This document shows, one piece after another, positions 19,634 to 30,412 of a stretch of DNA of 64,000 bases. The translations under genes and the position numbers were made by a program. Where the stretch lies: NCBI GenBank assembly GCA_963803975.1, contig CAWDOY010000045.1:1-64000 (forward strand). The letters run 5' to 3'. Position 1 is the first letter of the stretch. The number at the start of each line of letters is the position of its first letter. Origin of the DNA: an uncultured delta proteobacterium. Its GTDB lineage: Bacteria > Desulfobacterota > WTBG01 > CAIYCZ01. The notes beneath the pieces were generated by a model, which made no database searches, was not told the DNA's origin, and saw nothing but the letters and a program-made list of their open reading frames with translations.

Positions 19634-21306
19634 TTATTTCCCTATCCCATAAATCAATCGTGGTGTTGCTTTCACTGGCCCGTGAAATGTGCTGATGCCG
19701 TTCTGTCTATATCTTCAAGAAAATAGAAATATCTCTTACCGTTCAGTACCCACTGGTCAACGAAATCATATTCTGAACCTGATACAGATGAACCTAATGC
19801 TGGTATCAGTGCATTATTGACCTTCACAAAGCCCTCTGCCCTCCAGACATTAAAGCCAGCATTGTCTGTTTCAGATTCTGTTTTCCATTTGAGAATAACC
19901 TGTTCATTAAAAGGCACTGCTTTTAATGCTGAGAGTTCGATATTGGTGGGTGTTGATGCGACAGGCCCCCGAACAGGCCAGACGAAGTAGTTGGGGTCGC
20001 TCTTAATGGGGGTGCCGTTCACGTAGCCATAGTTCATGGCCACGCTCAAGGCGTCGTCGGCACTGGCAGCAGAACTCGTGCCCGACCAGTAGTAGTCGGA
20101 CTGCACGCCGGTAAAAGGATGACCGGCAGGCAGGGCTGGATTATATTTGCCGAAATCTATCAGGCTATGTAACTCTTTAACGTTGGGCAGTCTCCATGCA
20201 CCGGCTACAGAACCATCAGTTAATCCTGCTGTCCCACTTGCAACTCCGTTCAATAGTTTATAGCGTCGTACCAGTTTTTTGGACCACATGGATTTGCGTT
20301 CTTCAGCCAGATAAGCCCAGTCAAGTTGTCCGTAACCGTGCCATTACCATTGTCGGTAAATCGTGGACTGGGCAATGCAACGCCTTTTTGCAATGCACCA
20401 TCATCACCGGTTGCGTATGAGATTGTTTGTCCTGTTTGAGGAACAGGTGCAGGATAAATAGTACCTCCATTAACTGTTGTGGTGGTGGTGCTTGAAGTTT
20501 TGAACGCAATGTGATTTGGATGTGATAATCCAGAAGCAAAGACTCCAATAAATTCTCCAGTATGCAAGTATTCTAAAATGTTACTAGCACCAAAATTTGC
20601 TACAAATAGATGATGGTTTTCTGGATTAAAAGTTATTCCATAGGGACCATTAAAGCCTGTTATTGTTCTCTCTAATTGAAAAGTAGTTGGATTAAAAACT
20701 CCAATATCATTAATAAGGTCTCTTGCGACGTAAATATATTCGTCAGGACCAATAGCAATTCCCCGTGGACTCCCCCCAGTAGGAAAATAATTTATAAGAT
20801 TACCATCTAAATCAAACTCTTCTGCTCCCCCAAGTGCTGTATAAAGATGTCCATTTGGTCCTATGTTCATTGCAGCAGGTGTGAATGGGTTTAAGCCTCC
20901 ATTAAATGATTTAACAAAGTTGTCATTTTCATCATATTCTGCAATAAAACCTCCATCACCCGGTGTAACTGCAACGCCCACATATAAATGATTATTGTTC
21001 CCTATTGCCAAACCATAGGAGCAATGTATTTTGCGGTGTTTGTATATAGCCAATAACATTATGATTTTGGTTAATTTTAACTATTTTTGAACCTCCGATA
21101 CAAGCGACATATAAAATCCCATCACCCCTAAAAGCTAATTGACGTGGACTCTGTATTAAAGGGTCTGTGATGGTATCTATTAAAACTCCTTGTTGATTAT
21201 AAACCGTGATTTGACTTGAATACTCATTGCTTACATACATTTCCCAACCGTAAGCGTAACCACAAGACAACACAAGAAGCATTGAAAGAATAAATATCTT
21301 TTTCAT
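19634..21306 (-). CDS. Secreted NHL/beta-propeller + Thr linker + DUF1566 (Lcl-type C-lectin fold) + C-terminal Fn3-like domain protein (3 indels)
   Basis: Signal peptide; SPRGIAIGPD repeats; VPQTGQ, RFTDNGNGTVTDNLTGLIW, WRLPNVKEL, YYWS..VWPVR; ends NGISTFHGPVKATPRLIYGIGK. Confidence 0.8.
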
Positions 21307-21328
21307 GATAAACCCTCCTTTAAAGTAT

Positions 21329-22649
21329 TTATTTGCCAGTACCATATATCCACCTCGGCATTGCACTCACAGGACCATGCATAGTTGAAGTACCGTTCAG
21401 GTCTATATCTTCCAGTTTATAGTAGTAGGTCTTTCTGTTCTGGACATTGGTATCTACAAACTCATAAGATGCACCTTGAATGGATGAGCCTTGAGCGATG
21501 ATAAGCGATGAATTAATTTTTGTGTACTGACCATTCTCTGACATCTCACGGTAGAGGTTGAAGCCTGCGTTGTCAATTTCCGCTTCTGTACTCCATTGTA
21601 TAATAACCTTGATTGCTTTGGGGGTGGCGGTAAATGACGACAAGTCAATGACCGTAGAACCATCCTGTCCGCCACGCACGGCGCAAACACCTTTGTAGTC
21701 GGACTTACTGCCGTAGTACACGGCGCCGTTGCCGGAGGCCACGTGCCACGCGATGTTAGTAATGTTCACGTTTACGCAGATAGTAGACGACCAGTAACCG
21801 TAATAGGACGTCAACGTGTCGGGAAGAATGTGGTATCAATTGCCGGATTATGTCTGCTGTAATCAACAATCGACTGCAATTCATTCCTGTTGGGCAGCCG
21901 CCAGTCGCTATACCCCCCGGCGGGCAGGGTAAGGTTTTCTCAGCACGTACAACGCCTGTTCCCAGTTATAGGTTCCCGGCGCAGTTGCCTTGCTGCCACA
22001 TAAGTCCCGTGGCGTTATCGGTTACTGTACCGTCGCTGTTGTCGATAAACTATTATTTGACTGTCCACCACGCACGAGCACGAACATAGAGGATTGAGGG
22101 ATTATTGCCGAAGTACACGTAGCCGTTCCTGAAGCCCACGAACCACGCGAAGGTAGTACGCGAGACGTTGGTAGTAGACGACCAGTAATCGGATGCCACC
22201 GTGTCCGGGAAATAACTCGTGTTTATAGCCGGGCCGGGAGAGGGGATACTGCTGTCCACAAGGGTTGACAGCTCCTTTATTGTGGGCAGCCGCCAGTCAT
22301 CTTTACTCCCAAGCTGAGATTATTGCAGATAGTCAATTGCTGCTGCCATGTGTAGGTGCCGGGGGCTGTTGCCTTTTGCCACTCAAGCCCGGTAATCTGT
22401 CTCACGCACAATGCCGTTTCCAAGGTCGGTATATAATTGTAGGTTTGGGCCATACTGAGCATCCTGACCGTAGAACGGTTGCCCGGGTTGCGGGCAGGGT
22501 ATGGCACCCAAAGTGTTATCAGCATAACATAACGTCTGCCCCGTGTCGGGAACGGGTGAAGCAAATGCCATATTGGGTAAACCCAAGGCTAACGCTATAA
22601 TGACTGAGTAAAATACTATTGCCGATAGTTTGAACTTTTTACTTTTCAT
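21329..22649 (-). CDS. Secreted tandem DUF1566 protein with C-terminal Fn3-like domain (multiple indels)
   Basis: Signal peptide; PVPDTGQ, GQDAQY, TGLEWQ, DWRLP, two YWSST..AW.V...G.V..VR blocks; ends [16 protein letters not shown]. Confidence 0.78.
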
Positions 22650-22665
22650 TTTACCCTCCCTTTTG

Positions 22666-22706
22666 AAAAACAAAAACCCCCATCAGCACGCAAGCTGACA
22701 GGGGTA
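22666..22706 (-). terminator. Terminator-like hairpin in the 5' leader of the DUF1566 gene
   Basis: Minus strand acccctgtcagc-ttgcgt-gctgatgggggt followed by ttttgttttt, just before the RBS. Confidence 0.6.
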
Positions 22707-23003
22707 TAGATTACTGACCTAAATCTTTGTTATTCTCTTTGGTTACCCTCTTCATAAGCATCCCCGTTATTATTGTTAAACATCATATATAAATATAAAA
22801 TATATGTCAATCACTTAAATATATTATTATTTAAAATTTTGTATTAGTATCTATTGTATTTTAAGATATATTTTGACTTCTGTTTAAATTTTTTATAGAT
22901 TTTGCCGGTGAGAAATGATGAATGTATCTGGCGGCGAAGGGGATGGGACTATAGCAAGGGAATCGGAATGGATTGAGGCTGAAGGCAGCCCTGATAAATA
23001 GAA

Positions 23004-23030
23004 TGCCTGGGACGAGAATCGAACTTGTAC
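23004..23030 (-). repeat. Second att-like copy of the tRNA-Leu(TAA) 3' end
   Basis: tgcctgggacgagaatcgaacttgtac, 26/27 identical to 23883-23909. Confidence 0.85.
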
Positions 23031-23036
23031 CGAAAC

Positions 23037-23071
23037 TTGACAAATTACTCATGTTGAATATACTGTATATT
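23037..23071 (+). promoter_or_regulatory. TA promoter with palindromic operator
   Basis: TTGACA-N16-TATACT; palindrome aatatactgtatatt (23057-23071) overlaps the -10. Confidence 0.6.
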
Positions 23072-23113
23072 AAAGTACGTATTAAACTGATTAGTTAAAT
23101 GAGGAGTTGTAAA

Positions 23114-23400
23114 ATGAAACAGGGACCTGTTCAAAATCAATTGACGCTCTTTCCGTGCGTGTCAGGTTTGGCGAAGTTATCGAGGAGGCTGTTCAGGAAA
23201 ACACCCGTTTTTTAGTCAGCCGGCGCGGCAAACCCAAGGTGGTCATTCTTTCGGTGGAGGATTATGTTAAAAATATTATCAAGCAGCCGGAACTCCTGAC
23301 AAGAGTGCAGTTAAGTGCCAAAGCAGCCGGCGTGGATAAAATGACCGAAGAACAAATCTCTGCCGAGATTACATCCTACCGGCAAAACAAAGCGTACTAA
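23114..23400 (+). CDS. Phd/YefM family antitoxin (indel near the start)
   Basis: R.RFGEVIEEA...FLVSRRGKPKVVILSVEDY Phd pattern; gaggag RBS. Confidence 0.85.
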
Positions 23401-23418
23401 AAAATAGCGATCGGCACC

Positions 23419-23541
23419 ATGCTGAAAGTGGTCATTGATATCAATGTGCTGGTCTCAGCACTCACGTTCAATGAGCCAGTTCAGGCGGGCTATTCTTTTT
23501 TTTTATCAAAGTATCCGGCAATCATAAGGAGAGGCTCTTGA
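23419..23541 (+). pseudogene. Truncated PIN-domain toxin
   Basis: MLKVVIDINVLVSAL PIN N-terminus, then unrelated sequence and a stop after 40 codons. Confidence 0.7.
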
Positions 23542-23795
23542 TCACTTTGTGCTGCGCAGTAATTTTTTTATATGCCTCATATTACGAACAGCCAGTCAAA
23601 CCATTCTTCATTATCTCCAAGTTTTCCGGACCTGAACTTTTCAGCGAATTTTACGCTTTTCATTCGGTGTTTCTTTTCAAACGCTTTGAGGCGACGAAGA
23701 TAATTTTCTGCCTTTGCTGACAGGATTTTTTCCTTTAACGCCATCCCTGATCGCAATAAAGGCATTGCTTCATTTTTTACGGCAATTTTTTGCAT
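23523..23795 (-). CDS. Putative antitoxin (TumA-like; indel near the 3' end)
   Basis: RLKAFEKKHRMKS..F..KF.SGKLGD.EEWFDW pattern; ggag RBS. Confidence 0.6.
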
Positions 23796-23882
23796 GGTAT
23801 TCTCCTTGGAGGGTAACATGAATCAAAAAATCATTTTACCCTGCGCCTTGCCAAGCGGGCAGGCTGTTAGGCAGCAAAAAAA

Positions 23883-23967
23883 TGCCTGGGACGAGAATCG
23901 AACTCGTACAGGGCTAAGCCCCGAGGGATTTTAAGTCCCTTGCGTCTGCCAGTTCCGCCACCCAGGC
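23883..23967 (-). tRNA. tRNA-Leu(TAA), CCA not encoded
   Basis: GCCTGGGTGGCGGAACTGGCAGACGCAAGGGACTTAAAATCCCT...GAGTTCGATTCTCGTCCCAGGCA; long variable arm. Confidence 0.96.
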
Positions 23968-24042
23968 ATATCGTTACTAATGACTTTATATTTGAAGCGT
24001 AAAAAATAATACTAACTTTGGCACTGCCTGTCAAATCAGATT

Positions 24043-25161
24043 TTACCCTGCAGGCGCAGAGCCGGTCCGCGCCGCATTGCCCTTAAACATGGGCCAGGAG
24101 CCCGCGTCACCGGGACTTGCTTTAAGGCAATAAACTCTATGGTCATCGCCTCCCACATAGATATAGCCTCCGCTAACCGCAGGCGATGATTTAGACCCCA
24201 GCATCTTGAACTCCCACAGTTTAGCGCCGGTTTTTGCATTCAGACCATAGAGCTTATTATCCCAGCTTCCAAAATACAGGTTGTCACCGGTAACCGCAGG
24301 AGATGCGACCACATAGTAATCGGTCTTAACCTCCCAGACCTTGCTGCCGGTTTGCGCATTCAGGCAGTAGAGCTTATAATTGCGGCTGCCAATATAGACG
24401 AAGTTGTTATGCACTGCAGGGGAAGACAATATCCGCTCGTCCGTATCAAACTCCCACACCCTGGCCCCGGTTTGCCCGTTCAGGCAGTACACTTTATGAT
24501 CCATGCTGCCGAAATAGACATTACCCCCGGCAACGGCTGGTGATGAAGCGACCATATTGCCGGTTTTGAACTCCCACACCTTTGCGCCCGAGCGGGCGTC
24601 GATACAGTAACACCGGTAGTCAAAACATCCCACATAAACATTATTGCCTGATACTGCCGGAGTTGTAGCTATGGGCCCCTTTGTTTCAAACTCCCACACC
24701 TTGGCCCCGGTTTGCGCATTGAGGCAGTAAACCCGGTTATCGTAACTTCCAATATATACAAGACCGTTTGCCACAGCCGGTGAAGAAACTACGGTGCCCT
24801 TTGTTTCAAACTCCCATACCTTGCTGCCGTCAAGAGCATTCAGGCAGTAAATTTTATGATCATGGCTGCCGGCATATACATACCCGCCCGCCACAGCCGG
24901 AGACGAGCGCATAACACCGCCGGCCTTGAATTCCCAGATACTATCCCCGGTTTGTGCATCAAGGCAGTACAATTTCTTGCTGTCACTGCCGATATAGACG
25001 CGGCCGTCCACCACTGCCGGTGAAGCATCCACATCCCGCTGAGTATCAAATGCCCAGACTACTCTCTCGGGATACTGGCGGGCCTTACTGCAGCCAGTTG
25101 CCCATGCTATTGAACATAATAATAGTATATAAAGCGTATAGCGATTAAGGTTTTTAAGCAT
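24043..25161 (-). CDS. PQQ-like beta-propeller repeat lipoprotein (BamB-like fold)
   Basis: ATGC lipobox; about eight 40-aa SSPAV..G.VY.GS.D..YCLNA.TG.KVWEF repeats. Confidence 0.9.
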   Translation of the reverse strand: MLKNLNRYTLYILLLCSIAWATGCSKARQYPERVVWAFDTQRDVDASPAVVDGRVYIGSDSKKLYCLDAQTGDSIWEFKAGGVMRSSPAVAGGYVYAGSHDHKIYCLNALDGSKVWEFETKGTVVSSPAVANGLVYIGSYDNRVYCLNAQTGAKVWEFETKGPIATTPAVSGNNVYVGCFDYRCYCIDARSGAKVWEFKTGNMVASSPAVAGGNVYFGSMDHKVYCLNGQTGARVWEFDTDERILSSPAVHNNFVYIGSRNYKLYCLNAQTGSKVWEVKTDYYVVASPAVTGDNLYFGSWDNKLYGLNAKTGAKLWEFKMLGSKSSPAVSGGYIYVGGDDHRVYCLKASPGDAGSWPMFKGNAARTGSAPAG

Positions 25162-25199
25162 ATGCGTCTCCGGGTTGGGTGTGTAAAACTCCTGCCGGA

Positions 25200-25756
25200 C
25201 TATCTGCCCCTGCGCTTCCAGGTCACCCGGAACACCCCTTCCCGGGGGTTTACGTATTTCATCATGTCCGGGATTATTTCTATGATGCGATAGTTGAATT
25301 CCGGGGCAAGCTCTTTTATCCCCAGGGATTTAAGCGCAGTCCATTATCTTCATCTTCTTCAGCCGGTCTGCAAACTGGCGAGGATTTTCCTTCATGCTGT
25401 AGACGGTTGCGCGGCCCCAGCCCTGCACCCCTTTATAGCTCCAGAAGTCTTTCCGGGGATGATAGGGCTCGGCAATGGAAAAAGAGATATTTTTGTTTGC
25501 CTTGAGGTTTGCAAACTTGCCGCCGCCCTCGGAAAGGATATAAAAGGCTCATCCCGACAAGCCGGTATTCAAGGGGCGTGGAGCGGCACGCGTTACTCCT
25601 GCAGGTGCTCAGGTGCAGAACATTATTTCTTTTTAAAAATTTCAGCAGGAACCGTTCAAACGCTGCGGCAGAGTTAAAATTTTTTATCCTGACCCCGTGT
25701 TTTTTCATGAGGGGTAGTACGGGAGGAGGAACCGGCTGCTGGAGTATGGTAGCCAT
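25200..25756 (-). CDS. Pyridoxamine 5'-phosphate oxidase family protein (frameshifted)
   Basis: NVLHLSTCR...RSTPLEY, SEGGGKFANL and VFRVTW; paralog of the next gene. Confidence 0.75.
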
Positions 25757-25854
25757 TGTTTTGCCTTTCTTCCGCCGCAGCAGATACGCGGGGAACGTCT
25801 CTATGCGTGATTCTGTAACCTAAGAGAGCATGAAAGCGGTCAATATAGTTACTG

Positions 25855-26407
25855 CTAACCCTCTTGCGTCCAGGTAACATTTCTGAACCCATGCCGCAGG
25901 TCGAGATAGCGCATCTTCACGGGCTCGATGGTTATAATGTTGAAATTCACCATGGCAGCCATCTGCTCAATCCCGTGCTTTTTCAATGCCTCGGCGTTTC
26001 TGCTGTACTGGTAGATGGCCTGAAACCGCTGCAGGTCATCATTCTTTTTGAAGGTGGAAGCAATTCCCCACACCTGCAGCCCTGTTGCGCCAAGGTAGTC
26101 TTCAAAGGGTTCGTAGGGATCGCAGATGGAAAAAGAAACCTTCTGGTTTGCCTTCAGGTTGGCAAACTTCCCCCCGCCTTCAGATAGAACATACACGGTC
26201 AGCCCGTGGTTAAAGTATTCAAGGGGGGTTGAGCGGGGCTCATTGTCCCTGCAGGTTGCCAGGTGCAGCACATTGTGCTTATTAAGGTAGTCACTGATAA
26301 CCGCTTCAAATTCCTCTTCAGTTATTGCCTCTCGCAGGGTGATGCTGAACTTTGCAAACACCGCCTTTTCCTGTTCATTGGAACGGGGGATAATTTAATT
26401 TTGCCAT
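25855..26407 (-). CDS. Pyridoxamine 5'-phosphate oxidase family protein (indel near the start)
   Basis: NVLHLATCRDNEPRSTPLEY, SEGGGKFANLKANQKVSFSI, GLQVWG. Confidence 0.82.
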
Positions 26408-26511
26408 CGCAGGCTCCTCCTGAATAATATTTTTATTTCAAAGCTGCGCTGAATAATGCTAAATCCTTCTATACCATAATCTGCACTTTCCTTTAAGCGT
26501 AAATAACGGCC

Positions 26512-27441
26512 ATGAATAAAATCTGTTTTATCATAAATCCTCTTTCCGGAGACCGCGCCGGCACGCACGCCATGGTGCGGTTAATCGGAGAGATACTAAC
26601 ACCGGCCGGCAGGGAATATGAGATAGCGTATATAAAGGGCCCGGGAGATGGTGCGCGCCTGTGCCGTGAAGGGGTAGCACGGGGATGCGACCTGGTTGTG
26701 GCGGCGGGCGGCGATGGCACTGTTAATGCGGTAGCCCTGGGTCTTGTGGGTAGCACGGCAACGCTTGCGGTCATCCCTGCAGGCTCAGGGAACGGCTTTG
26801 CCAGAAGCATGGGCATACCGCTTGATCACCCGGCGGCACTGCGCCTCCTGCTTGCTCCGGAAATTATCACTATGGATGTGGGCACAATTAATGACCGCTA
26901 TTTTTTTAACATGGCAGGAATCGGGCTTGATGCTGCCATCAGTAAAAGCTTTGAGCTGTATGGCAGGCGCGGCAAAGGCACCTATTTTTTAGCTGGCATA
27001 AAAACTTTTTTTACCTATAAACCAGCCCCTGTTACCATTCACTATGCAGGAGGCGAGATCGCCTGTTCGCCGCTTGTTTTAAGCATCGCTAACGGACCTC
27101 AGTACGGCAGCGGCGCCATCATCGCGCCCCGGGCGCGAAGTGATGATGGCCTCCTGGAGGTGTGCATCCTGGAAAAGCTTTCGGTATTGAGTGCAGCAGC
27201 AAAAGTATACCGCTTATTTAACGGCACCATTGACAGGGTGAGAGGCTATTGCTCATTTCAAACCAGCTCTGTTACTATTGAGCGCCTTGAACCCGGCCTT
27301 ATCCATGTTGACGGTGAGCCGCACATGGCTGCAGCACGTCTGCAGATTGATGTATTGCCCGGCAAGCTCCGGGTGGCGGTAGGCAAGAATGCGGCAGCCT
27401 GTCGTGCTGCCTCCGGGGGACCCCGTCCGTCTCATCGCTGA
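26512..27441 (+). CDS. Diacylglycerol/lipid kinase (YegS/BmrU family)
   Basis: IINPLSG, AAGGDGT, IPAGSGNGFARS, NGPQYGSG, DDGLLEV, HVDGE. Confidence 0.92.
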   Translation: MNKICFIINPLSGDRAGTHAMVRLIGEILTPAGREYEIAYIKGPGDGARLCREGVARGCDLVVAAGGDGTVNAVALGLVGSTATLAVIPAGSGNGFARSMGIPLDHPAALRLLLAPEIITMDVGTINDRYFFNMAGIGLDAAISKSFELYGRRGKGTYFLAGIKTFFTYKPAPVTIHYAGGEIACSPLVLSIANGPQYGSGAIIAPRARSDDGLLEVCILEKLSVLSAAAKVYRLFNGTIDRVRGYCSFQTSSVTIERLEPGLIHVDGEPHMAAARLQIDVLPGKLRVAVGKNAAACRAASGGPRPSHR

Positions 27442-27469
27442 AGGCGGGAAGTTTTAATTGAAGATGCCG

Positions 27470-30387
27470 CTACAGTACTTTCAGCAACTCCATCCAGCCC
27501 GGCCGCTGGCCGGCCGCTTCCTCGACGGCCTGCTGATGCCCGAGCACCTTCACAACGCCCTTTGCGCTCACCTCTGCAAGCACGTCGGCAAAGGACTTGA
27601 AATGCTCTTCTGTGGTGGACAGGATTTCATCGCGCAGCTGCTGGCGCATCGCATCGGTGTTGTTGACGAGAAGACGCTGCACGGAGGTGTAGCCCCGGTT
27701 ATCGGGAAGCATGTACATGTCTATGTCAGCTATCGTGCCGATTATGCTCCGTATCCGTTCATCATTTGACAGGGATTTGTCTGCCGGAGAAAGCCTGCCG
27801 CCTGATCAAACACATCGAGGGTTTCCAGCAGGTTGGGATCACGGTAGGACGTAAAGGTGAGCACCCCGGAAAAGCGGTCAAAATGGCAGCGCGCGCCGTA
27901 TGCCCCGCCGTGCACGCGCACCCGGTCCCAGAGCCAGGTGGTGCGCAGATATCCGGTAATCACGTGGACTGAGCCGTGATGTTTATAGCCCAGCTGGTAG
28001 AGGTTGGCAGCCTTGCCCACATAGTTGACCTGTGCGGGGATGGTCATGCCTTCATTGGCAGCAGAACGCTGCGGCAGCCAGGCACGGTGCGGAAGAGCAT
28101 CATGCGGCAAGGCATCAAGAAATGCCCGCAGGTGCTGCTCGCAGCCTGACCAGCTTTTTTCATCAAGGGTTACATTGGCAATGGTCGCCCCGGCGTTGAC
28201 CAGTTTCCCGCGCAGGTCTTCAAGGACGGCAAGCACCCCCTGCCAGTCGCTCTCCACTGCGTCGGCAAGCCCTCGCAGAAACAGCAGGTAACTCACGCCC
28301 TTCATCTGCTCTTCAGCCCAGTCAGCCTCATTGAAACAGGATCGCAGCCGCATCTCAACCATCTGGCTGCCGGCAGGGATAAGCCGCTGCTCCATCTGCG
28401 CTTTTTCCTCGAGCACCATCTGTTTAAAGCGCTCGCGGTTATCGAGTCGCGCCGTCAGCAGCACGTCTTTGAGAATTGCGAGCAGCTCCTGCACCTGCGG
28501 CAGCATTGCCTTGCAGCGCAGAAACAGCCGGGCAGCAGCCTGATCACTTCCGTTAACTACCGAGTTGAACAGGCTGGTGCGGATGCCGCCGGTTTTACGG
28601 CTGATGCGCTGCACCAGGGTTACAAAATCTTCCCGGTCAGTTCCCATTTCCAGGAGCGCCCGGCCGAAGAGCGGAACATACGGGATATAGTTCGGGGAGA
28701 GCACATGGAGGTCAAACCCCAAATCCAGGTACATAATGCCGTTGGTCTGCAGGTCGTGATAGGCAATCTGCGCGCCTGCTCTGCTCGGAACAGGCAATCG
28801 GGATGAGTTTGTTATGGGCATCAATATCCGGGAGGTTGAGACGCGGTATGGTAGCAAGCGCTTCCGGCGGGTCAGGTGTCTCCTGTTTAAGCTTGAGCGC
28901 GCGGGTATTGTCAATCACCGCGCTCAGCTCCTGCGGCGTCATGGCTGCGCGGGCATCGGCAAGGCGCTTTTGCTCCCCGGCCAGTCTCCTGCGCTGCCAG
29001 TTCCGGGTCGGGCTGCAATATGACCGTGGTGCGGTGCAGGTTTTTGAGTAAGAAGCGGTCTATAATGGTTTCGAAGTACGCGCTGTTGTCCGCCAGCCGC
29101 TCTTTTAGCCGCGTCAGGGGGGCTTCAAAGGCAACGGTCAGCCAGCGGGTCTGCGCCGTACAGCCAGGTGGTGAGGGAGCGCAGCATGAGCAGCAGCCCC
29201 CGGGGGAAATGCCCGGTATTATTCTCGCGCAGCTTGAATTCAATGGTATTCAGGGCTGCCTCAATAGTGCGGGGATCAATGCCATCCCTGACCAGAGTGC
29301 CCAGGGTATCACTGATGAGCGTCTCGATGCGCCCGGCATTATGTATGTCAATGCCCTTGAGCCCGGTTGAAAAATAGATCTGGCGCAGGTCGCTTTCCAG
29401 CCCCACGCCGGCGATATCTTCCCCCAGGCCCGAATCGATGAGGGCCTTGCGCAGCGGCGAAGCAGGCATGCCCAGAAGAATATATTCAAGCATGGTGAAC
29501 GCCAGGTTCATTTCCACATCTGCAGTTTCAATGAGCAGCCAGTTGACGGTAATCATGCCTTTGTTCCGGGAGGCATCGTCTCCGGCAGCATAGGGCCGGA
29601 TGACGTTCCGCGGCATGGTAAAAAAAGGCTGCAGCGCGACGGCTGAATCAAGTTCCAGCCGCTCAAAATCTTTTAAATACGCATCCACCTTCTGCAGGCG
29701 CCGCTCGACATCATCATCCCCGTAGCAATAGATACGCGCATTTGAAGGGTGATAATACTTCCGGTGAAAGGCGGCAAACTGCCCGAAGGTGAGGTTCGGG
29801 ATTTTCCGGGGATCGCCGCCGGAATCAAAACCATAGGTATTGTCAGGAAACAGTGACTGCTGGGTGTAGTGTGCCAGGAGGCTGTCAGGCGAGGAGTAGG
29901 CCCCTTTCATTTCATTGAAGACAACGCCCTTGTAGGTGAGCGGCTGGTCATGGCGGTCAATCTCATAATGCCAGCCTTCCTGCTCGAATACATGGGGTGT
30001 GAGGCGCGGATAAAAGACCGCATCAAGATAGACATCAATGAGATTGTAAAAATCCTGCAGGTTCTGGCTCGCCACCGGGTAGCAGGTTTTATCAGGATAG
30101 GTGAAGGCATTGAGAAAGGTCTGCAGGGAGCCTTTCAGAAGCTCGACAAACGGCTCTTTTACCGGATACTTGCGCGAGCCGCACAGGACCGAGTGCTCAA
30201 GTATGTGCGCCACGCCGGTAGAATCAGAAACCGGCGTGCGGAAGGTAATGCCGAAGACCTTGTTTTCATCTCTGTTGGAAAGCGACAAAAGCTCAGCGCC
30301 GGTTTTCACGTGGCAATAGAGCCGCGCTTCAGTGTCAAGCTCCAGTATCTGCTGCTGTCGAACAAGGGTAAAGCCGTGGGTGACCAT
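27470..30387 (-). CDS. Peptidase M16C (presequence protease/insulinase-like); 3 apparent frameshifts
   Basis: GVAHILEHSVLCGSRKYPVKEPF inverted zincin motif, LNAFTYPDKTCYP, GVVFNEMKG, RVHGGAYG, SYRDPN. Confidence 0.92.
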
Positions 30388-30412
30388 CAGGGTTTCCTGT
30401 CAAAAAATAATT

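Larger units (their letters stand above)
17084..23882. mobile_element. tRNA-Leu-anchored genomic island remnant (nested; no integrase seen)
   Basis: Bounded by tRNA-Leu and its 3' duplication; internal third copy; AT-rich; TA genes and hypothetical cargo. Confidence 0.75.

Noticed and set aside
17084..23882. Complete DGR cassette or prophage
   Set aside because: No reverse transcriptase, avd, AAC-rich template, integrase or phage structural genes are visible.
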